Below, piece by piece: positions 57,810-64,000 of a DNA stretch of 64,000 nt (its first letter is position 1; every line of letters starts with the position of its first letter). Below the pieces are notes generated by a model. It made no database searches, was not told the origin of the DNA, and worked only from the letters and a program-made list of their open reading frames with translations. The DNA comes from a virus. A program made the translations under genes and the position numbers. The stretch is taken from positions 1 through 64,000 of the IMG/VR virus record IMGVR_UViG_3300021963_000035; one strand, given 5' to 3'.

Positions 57810-59504
57810 ATGAGCTGGAAAAAATATTTTACCCCTGTTAAAGTTAACGATGGATCACTAAGTCCGCTAGGAAATGGTGGTAAGCCCGGTCCGGCCCGTA
57901 CAAACTATAGCAGCTACTTGCCGGATGTCTATTCCGGTACTCCTAATCGTATTGAACGATATATGCAGTACGATACCATGGACATGGACAGCGAAGTTAA
58001 TGCTGCTCTAGATATTCTTGCAGAATTTTGTAGTCAAAAAAACAAAGAAAACAGCACACCATTCCAAATATTTTTTAAAGGTAGTCCAACGGCTACTGAA
58101 GTGAAGCTGATCAAAGAAAGTCTACAGAAGTGGAGCAAACAGCAAAAATTTGAAACTAGGATATTCCGTATCATACGAAATGCTTTCAAATACGGAGACT
58201 GTTTTTTTGTTAGAGATCCAGAAGACGGTACTTGGTTTTATGTCGACACTGCCAAAGTTACAAAGATTATTGTTAACGAATCAGAAGGTAAAAAACCTGA
58301 GCAGTATGTGATACAAGATTTTAATCCTAATTTTAAAAACTTAGTAATCACTAAAATGCATCCGGACACACATAACACTCCTTCGGGGACAGCAGCATAT
58401 GTCAGTGGTGGTGCATTTGCACGAGGAATGGTAGGTGCAGCACCTCAGCAGACTGGTACAAGATTCAGTAAAAATATACAAGAAATTGCCATAGACGCCA
58501 AACATGTTATACACATCGGATTAAGTGAAGGCCTAGACAATAACTATCCTTTTGGTAACAGTCTATTAGAATCAGTATTCAAAGTTTATAAACAAAAAGA
58601 ACTACTAGAAGATGCGATCATTATCTATCGTATCCAACGTGCTCCGGAACGTAGAATTTTCTACATTGATGTAGGTAACATGCCAGCACACATGGCTATG
58701 GGATTTGTTGAGCGTGTTAAAAATGAAATACATCAGAGACGCATTCCTAGTTCAACAGGCGGCGGCCAAAATGTAATCGATGCTAGCTATAATCCGCTGT
58801 CAATGAACGAAGACTACTTCTTCCCTCAAACAGCAGAAGGTCGCGGATCAAAAGTTGATACACTGCCCGGCGGTACTAATCTCGGTGAGATCGACGATCT
58901 AAAATATTTCACTAACAAGTTATTCCGTGCTTTACGCATACCTAGCAGCTATTTGCCAACTGGTCCAGACGACAGTCAAATGGCATTTACTGACGGAAAG
59001 GTCGGTACTGCTTACATCCAAGAATTAAGATTTAACGAATACTGTAAAAGATTGCAAAGTTTGTTAATCGAAGAGTTTGATTTAGAATTTAAACTTTGGA
59101 TGGTTAACAAAGGTATTAACATCGACAACAGTGTATTTGAATTGAAGTTCAATGCACCGCAGAACTTTGCTGCATATCGTCAAAGTGAACTAGACAATGC
59201 TAGAGCACAGAGTTTCGGAGTGTTGCAGGAAGTTCCGTATCTAAGCAAACGTTTTGCTCTCAAGCGTTTCTTAGGACTTACCCAAGAAGAAATTACAGAA
59301 AACGAACGTCTCTGGAAAGAAGAAAATGGCGGCAAACTTGCACCATCTGCTGATGCAGCTGGACAGATGCGATCGATGGGTGTAACTCCTGGGGGAATAT
59401 CAGCAGACATGGCCGATCAAACGGCAGAAGCACCTCCAGGCATGGAAGCTGAAGCGCCAGCGGAAGGCGAACCCGCAGCAGCCGAAACACCTCCGGCACA
59501 GTAA
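57810..59504 (+). CDS. gp20: portal protein (T4 gp20-like)
   Basis: LLEDAIIIYRIQRAPERRIFYIDVGNMP, EDYFFP...GRGSKVDTLPGG.NLGEIDDLKYF and ELRFNEYCKRLQ. Confidence 0.95.
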   Translation: MSWKKYFTPVKVNDGSLSPLGNGGKPGPARTNYSSYLPDVYSGTPNRIERYMQYDTMDMDSEVNAALDILAEFCSQKNKENSTPFQIFFKGSPTATEVKLIKESLQKWSKQQKFETRIFRIIRNAFKYGDCFFVRDPEDGTWFYVDTAKVTKIIVNESEGKKPEQYVIQDFNPNFKNLVITKMHPDTHNTPSGTAAYVSGGAFARGMVGAAPQQTGTRFSKNIQEIAIDAKHVIHIGLSEGLDNNYPFGNSLLESVFKVYKQKELLEDAIIIYRIQRAPERRIFYIDVGNMPAHMAMGFVERVKNEIHQRRIPSSTGGGQNVIDASYNPLSMNEDYFFPQTAEGRGSKVDTLPGGTNLGEIDDLKYFTNKLFRALRIPSSYLPTGPDDSQMAFTDGKVGTAYIQELRFNEYCKRLQSLLIEEFDLEFKLWMVNKGINIDNSVFELKFNAPQNFAAYRQSELDNARAQSFGVLQEVPYLSKRFALKRFLGLTQEEITENERLWKEENGGKLAPSADAAGQMRSMGVTPGGISADMADQTAEAPPGMEAEAPAEGEPAAAETPPAQ

Positions 59505-59516
59505 AACATTTTGGTG

Positions 59517-59523
59517 ATAAATA
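59517..59523 (+). promoter_or_regulatory. late promoter motif ATAAATA
   Basis: ATAAATACAAGATG, only 4 nt from the ATG. Confidence 0.55.
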
Positions 59524-59527
59524 CAAG

Positions 59528-59773
59528 ATGCGCCTATTAGAATTCTTATATTTCAACGACGACAACAGCGACTATAGCATTGACAGACGCTATGAAAATG
59601 GTCGCGACTCTGACGTACTAAAGAAGGGCGATACTAGAAAAGTACGCCTTACATTAAAGCAGATCAATATGTTACGTATGCAAAGCGAAGCACACGAAGC
59701 AGAACAAGAGTCTGAATTAGGTTTTATAAGACAAATGTATGGCCAACCACCAGCAGAAGCACAGCCGCAGTAA
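59528..59773 (+). CDS. small head-cluster protein (gp67/gp68 position)
   Basis: 81 aa after the portal gene: MRLLEFL...TRKVRLTLKQINMLR...IRQMYG. Confidence 0.65.
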   Translation: MRLLEFLYFNDDNSDYSIDRRYENGRDSDVLKKGDTRKVRLTLKQINMLRMQSEAHEAEQESELGFIRQMYGQPPAEAQPQ

Positions 59774-60362
59774 GCCCGCAGTAGTTCTAGGTAATGGTGT
59801 TAGTAGATTAAAAGCCAATCTAAACGAGCTTAAAACACACTTTATTACCTACGGTTGCAACGCTTTATACAGAGAATACTCCCCAGATTATCTTGTAGCA
59901 GTTGATGTAAAAATGATCAACGAGATCATTAGTTCTGGATATCAAAATCAGAATGAAGTTTGGACAAACCCAAACAAAGGTATTACTTCCACAGCCGGTA
60001 TTAACTTGTTTGATCCGCACAAAGGTTGGAGTAGCGGACCTACAGCATTATGGTTAGCTTGCCAAAACGGACATAAAGAGATCTATATATTGGGTTTTGA
60101 TTATGCTGGCGTAGAAGGTAAGTTTAATAATGTGTATGCTGACACATTTAACTATAAAAAAAGTACAGAAATACCAACGTTTTTTGGTAACTGGGCTAAT
60201 CAAACAGCACAAATTATCAGTGGTTTCAAAGAGATAGCGTTCTATCGAGTAGTAGATAAAGGCTACATGACACCCGATCCGTTACAAGGATCCTTTCATA
60301 ATTTTTTCAACATCCCTTACAGCGAATTTGAGAATAGATTTCCTGGTTCTACATTTATCTAA
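59739..60362 (+). CDS. Maf/DUF115 / CST-type sialyltransferase-like fold protein (putative glycosyltransferase)
   Basis: AVVLGNGVSR, TYGCNALY, PDYLVAVD, WSSGPTALWLA and IYILGFDY form the GNGPS...CN...D...SSG...G(F/I)D pattern of GT29/GT42/Maf-like proteins. Confidence 0.6.
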   Translation: MANHQQKHSRSKPAVVLGNGVSRLKANLNELKTHFITYGCNALYREYSPDYLVAVDVKMINEIISSGYQNQNEVWTNPNKGITSTAGINLFDPHKGWSSGPTALWLACQNGHKEIYILGFDYAGVEGKFNNVYADTFNYKKSTEIPTFFGNWANQTAQIISGFKEIAFYRVVDKGYMTPDPLQGSFHNFFNIPYSEFENRFPGSTFI

Positions 60363-60411
60363 TCAAATTGATCAAAAAAGCGTCATATAACGCCATTTTA
60401 TTATCTTAGTA

Positions 60412-60418
60412 TTAAATA
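60412..60418 (+). promoter_or_regulatory. late promoter motif variant TTAAATA for head genes
   Basis: Intergenic, upstream of an AAGGAG SD and the ATG at 60458. Confidence 0.45.
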
Positions 60419-60457
60419 AAACTGACAGCCAAACTATACAATTAAAGGAGATCTCTC

Positions 60458-61408
60458 ATGGCCGATAAAACAATTATTGAGCAGATGCTTGAGCATCTGG
60501 TTAACGGCGATAAAGCCAAAGCAGAAGAATTATTCCACGAGTATGTAGTATCAACATCTCGTGATATCTACGAATCACTAATCGATTCCGAAATCGACGA
60601 AGCTTCTCAAGATGAAGACGATCTAGACGAAGCTAGCAAAAAAGATCAAGAAGATGAAGACGATCTAGAAGAAGCTAGCAAAAAAGATCAAGAAGATGAA
60701 GACGATCTAGAAGAAAACTACGACGAATTTGCAACAGAAGGCGACGACGAAGAAGGCGGTTTTCCAGGTAGCATGGAAAAAACCGGCGATCTAGAAAAAG
60801 AAATTGACGACGAAGAAGGTGAAGGTGAAGGCGAAGACGAAGGTGACATGGATGCACCAGCAACCAAAGGTGATATCATGTCTGTCAAAGACGATGTCGA
60901 AGAACTTCTAGCAGCATTTGACGAATACAAAGCACAAGAAGAAGGTGAAGGCCACAATTTTGATGGCGAAACAGACATGGATGACATGATGGGCAAAAAT
61001 GGTCCTAAAATGGATTCTTTTGACACAGAATTAGAAACTGTACGTGAGTATGTTGAGAAAGTTCCAGCAGGTCACGGTGCTGAAAAGAAAGGTAGTGCTG
61101 AACAAGGTGGTACAAATACTAAGTCTATTATCGACAACATGAAAAATGACATGGGCGGCACAACTGCTAACATCGTTAGCGGACGCAATGGTGCAGATTC
61201 AGGTCATCAAGGAATGACAGGCGACCTAAAAGGTAGCGGTCTATCAAAAGGAAAGCCACAACTACAAGACGGCGGTAACATTAACGTTCCTGGTGGAAAT
61301 GCTGGTAAGACAGGTTTCAAACACAAGGAGCCAGGACACGGCGCTGAGAAAAAAGGCGCGGGTGAGCAAGGCGGCACAAACTCAACTAGTTTGTTCCGTA
61401 AAAAGTAA
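60458..61408 (+). CDS. acidic prohead core / scaffold-type protein
   Basis: 316 aa, extremely D/E-rich, many L-x-E sites, between the portal and protease genes. Confidence 0.7.
   Translation: MADKTIIEQMLEHLVNGDKAKAEELFHEYVVSTSRDIYESLIDSEIDEASQDEDDLDEASKKDQEDEDDLEEASKKDQEDEDDLEENYDEFATEGDDEEGGFPGSMEKTGDLEKEIDDEEGEGEGEDEGDMDAPATKGDIMSVKDDVEELLAAFDEYKAQEEGEGHNFDGETDMDDMMGKNGPKMDSFDTELETVREYVEKVPAGHGAEKKGSAEQGGTNTKSIIDNMKNDMGGTTANIVSGRNGADSGHQGMTGDLKGSGLSKGKPQLQDGGNINVPGGNAGKTGFKHKEPGHGAEKKGAGEQGGTNSTSLFRKK
60609..60715 (+). repeat. 42-bp in-frame tandem repeat (~2.5 copies; DEDDL(D/E)EASKKDQE)
   Basis: gatgaagacgatctagaNgaagctagcaaaaaagatcaagaa starting at 60611, 60653 and (partial) 60695. Confidence 0.9.
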
Positions 61409-61421
61409 TCGGAGCCTTTAG

Positions 61422-62051
61422 GTGAAAAATTACCTTAGCGAGCATCTGAGTTTCGATCAGGCGCAGTTGGTTATTGAAAGTGCCAACGAGGAAAACGGCA
61501 ATAAAAGTTTGCATCTAAGCGGAATCTGCGTTCAAGGAGATATCCGCAATGCAAACCAGCGTGTTTATCCATCTTCTGAGATTGCAAAGGCTGTCAAGAC
61601 TATCAACGATCAGCTAGCTGGCGGATACTCTGTGCTTGGGGAAGTTGATCATCCTGCGGATCTACGCATTAATTTGGACCGAGTCAGCCACATGATTACA
61701 AAAATGTGGATGGATGGTCCAAATGGTTACGGAAAAATGAAAATCCTACCAACTCCTATGGGACAGCTAATTTCAACCATGTTGGAGAGTGGGGTTAAAT
61801 TAGGCGTATCAAGCAGAGGCTCCGGTGAAGTTGATGGCGACGGAAAAGTCAATGGTTTTGAAATTATTACTGTTGATGTTGTTGCACAACCATCAGCTCC
61901 GGGAGCTTACCCAACCCCGGTTTACGAACACTTGATGAATCAAGCAGGTGGATATAAGGCATTTAGAATAGCACAAGAAGTCCAAGGCGATACAAAGGCA
62001 CAGAAGTACATAGCAGAGAGTCTTAAACAGATTATCTCTAAACTCAAATAA
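61422..62051 (+). CDS. gp21: prohead core protease (T4 gp21-like)
   Basis: NANQRVYP, LGEVDHP (catalytic His), LGVSSRGSG (catalytic Ser) and DVVAQPSAPGA. GTG start. Confidence 0.93.
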   Translation: MKNYLSEHLSFDQAQLVIESANEENGNKSLHLSGICVQGDIRNANQRVYPSSEIAKAVKTINDQLAGGYSVLGEVDHPADLRINLDRVSHMITKMWMDGPNGYGKMKILPTPMGQLISTMLESGVKLGVSSRGSGEVDGDGKVNGFEIITVDVVAQPSAPGAYPTPVYEHLMNQAGGYKAFRIAQEVQGDTKAQKYIAESLKQIISKLK

Positions 62052-62065
62052 TGTAGGAGAATCAC

Positions 62066-63160
62066 ATGCTAGATTTTGTAAAACAACTTTTTGAAAACAA
62101 TGTGATTTCCGAGGAAATGAAATCGGAGATTGAAACTGCTTGGCAAAGCAAGATTCAAGAAAACCGTGATCAAGTAACTGCTGAGTTGCGCGAAGAATTT
62201 GCTCAGAAATATGAGCATGACAAGAGTGCAATGGTAGAAGCTGTAGAAGCCATGTTACAAGATAGACTACAAGCGGAACTAGGCGAATTAGCTGAAGATC
62301 GCAATGGTCTAATTGAAGCAAAGGCCAAGTATGTTAAGAAAATGAAGCAAGATTCAAAAACAATGGAATCATTTGTATTTGCAAAATTGCAACAAGAACT
62401 TAGCGAACTACATGCTGATCGTCTAGCAGTAGCAGAAAATGTCTCTAAATTAGAAGCATTCATTGTGGAAGCACTAGCTAAAGAAATCGCAGAATTCCAC
62501 ACTGACAAGAAAGATCTTGCCGAAACAAAAGTACGTTTAGTACGTGAAAGCAAGACTAAATTTGAAGCTGTAAAGAAAGAGTTTATCACTCGTTCAGCAG
62601 CAATTGTCAAAGAAGCCGTAGCTACAAAACTACGTCAAGAAATGACACAACTCAAAGAAGACATTGAAGCTGCTCGCCGTAACGACTTTGGTCGCAGAAT
62701 TTTTGAAAGCTTTGCTAGTGAATACTCAGCGAGTTATCTCAATGAGAAAAGCGAAACTGCAAAACTATTAAAAGTAGTTAAGCAGAAAGAAGCTGAACTA
62801 GAAGAAGCAGCAAAAATTGTAGCAGAAACACAAAAATTAGTTGAAAGCAGGAACAAAGAAATTCGCATTGCGAAAGATCTTGCGACCCGTAAGGAAATTA
62901 TGAGTGAATTACTAGGTCCACTTGCAGGAGACAAACGCACAGTAATGGGCGAGTTGCTAGAAAGTGTAGCAACAGAAAAATTACGCGGAGCATACGACAA
63001 GTATCTACCAGCCGTATTGGCGGAAGAAGCTCCAAAAAGAAAGGCAATAACTGAAGGCAAAGAGATCACAGGCGATAAAGAGGCCCCACAACAGAACAGC
63101 AGCGAAGGTAAGACTGCTGAAATTTTCACAATCCGCAAGCTTGCGGGACTTAAAGTTTAA
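62066..63160 (+). CDS. gp22: prohead core scaffolding protein (gp22-like)
   Basis: 364-aa coiled-coil acidic protein between the protease and MCP genes, AGGAG SD. Confidence 0.8.
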   Translation: MLDFVKQLFENNVISEEMKSEIETAWQSKIQENRDQVTAELREEFAQKYEHDKSAMVEAVEAMLQDRLQAELGELAEDRNGLIEAKAKYVKKMKQDSKTMESFVFAKLQQELSELHADRLAVAENVSKLEAFIVEALAKEIAEFHTDKKDLAETKVRLVRESKTKFEAVKKEFITRSAAIVKEAVATKLRQEMTQLKEDIEAARRNDFGRRIFESFASEYSASYLNEKSETAKLLKVVKQKEAELEEAAKIVAETQKLVESRNKEIRIAKDLATRKEIMSELLGPLAGDKRTVMGELLESVATEKLRGAYDKYLPAVLAEEAPKRKAITEGKEITGDKEAPQQNSSEGKTAEIFTIRKLAGLKV

Positions 63161-63171
63161 GGAGAACTAAT

Positions 63172-64000
63172 ATGTCAGAACTACTCGAGTCACGCTGGCA
63201 GGAAACCAAAGAGGCACTATTAGAAGGCCTACAAGGAACTCGTCGTTCAGTAATGGCCACTACTCTAGAAAATACCCGCAAGTATTTGTCAGAGAGTGCC
63301 ACTGCTGGTGCTACTTCTGCCGGTAATGTCGCAACCCTAAATCGTGTGATCCTTCCAGTGATCAGACGTGTAATGCCAACTGTCATCGCAAATGAACTAG
63401 TTGGTGTACAACCTATGACTGGTCCAGTTGGTCAAATCCATACATTACGTGTTCGTTACAGCGACACTGATGCTGGTGCTGGCGTAGTAGCTGGTGAAGA
63501 AGCATTCAGCCCATTTAAGATTGCTTCTGCATATTCTGGTAATTCTAGCGAAGGAAATCCAAAAGCAGATTCAACTGCTTCTAAGGAAGGCCGCGCTGGT
63601 AACAGAATGAGCATCCAAATCTAGAAGCAAACTGTCGAGGCAAAAACTCGTAAGTTAAGCGCAAGATGGACATTTGAAGCTGCACAAGATGCACAAGCCC
63701 AACAAGGTATTGACATCGAAGCAGAAATCATGGCTGCTCTAGCTCAAGAAATCACAGCTGAAATCGACCAGGAAGTTTTAACTTCACTACGTACCTTAGC
63801 AGGTTCAGCAGTTGAGACTTATAACCAAGCTGCCGTTTCAGGTACTGCTACATTCGTTGGTGACGAACACGCTGCTCTAGCTGTTCAAATCAACCGTGTT
63901 GCTAACTTGATCGCTCAGCGTACACGTCGTGGTGCAGGTAACTACGCAGTTGTTAGCCCATTTGCGTTAACAATTCTTCAGTCTGCAACTACTTCTGCTT
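63172..64000 (+). CDS. gp23: major capsid protein (T4 gp23-like), 3'-truncated by window and interrupted by one in-frame TAG at 63622-63624
   Basis: VILPVIRRVMP...VGVQPMTGPVGQI. After the TAG the same frame continues KQTVEAKTRKLSARWTFEAAQDAQAQQGIDIEAEIMAALAQEITAEIDQE...IAQRTRRGAGN to the window end. Confidence 0.92.

Noticed and set aside
472-63386. Numerous antisense or nested ORFs in the six-frame track (for example 472..843, 21173..21568, 47282..47728, 56648..57097, 61893..62321)
   Set aside because: They are shadows of long, motif-supported genes on the other strand or frame and have no independent evidence.
63172-63624. Treating the 150-aa ORF as a complete small protein
   Set aside because: The same frame continues with unmistakable gp23 sequence after the TAG, so it is the N-terminal part of the major capsid gene.
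1-64000. Genome-wide TAG reassignment (code 15-type recoding), suggested by the amber in gp23
   Set aside because: All other genes, including 4452- and 1135-codon ORFs, are intact in code 11. TAG serves as a plausible stop at 4712, 9170 and 51831.

Overview
This window is a gene-dense, AT-rich segment of a large T4-superfamily-like (jumbo) myovirus genome read in the standard bacterial code. From left to right it holds: (1) the 3' end of queE, an RNase H and small hypothetical genes (1-4712); (2) a ~10 kb sugar-modification locus with UDP-glucose dehydrogenase, about six glycosyltransferase-like proteins, an SGNH-hydrolase-like protein and a radical SAM enzyme (4707-15086); (3) a minus-strand tail-fibre/baseplate block with four paralogous fibres, an embedded 2OG-Fe(II) oxygenase, a 4452-aa wedge/adhesin protein and gp6/gp25/gp5/gp53-like genes (15150-47862); (4) late sigma gp55, gp47/gp46, a small basic protein and a minimal GIY-YIG nuclease, followed by a ~460-nt GC-rich, highly structured non-coding element (47939-52740); (5) tail chaperone, tape-measure and head genes (portal, core, protease, scaffold, major capsid) running off the right edge. 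The most notable observations are: the catalytic-domain-only GIY-YIG nuclease abutting a multi-helix putative ncRNA; a probable late-expressed virion-glycosylation system; an unannotated -1 frameshift (T TTT TTC) that would fuse the gp26-like and gp51-like chaperone ORFs; an isolated in-frame TAG in the major capsid gene; and a recurring ATAAATA late-promoter architecture. All product calls come from motif recognition and synteny only. No database searches were run.
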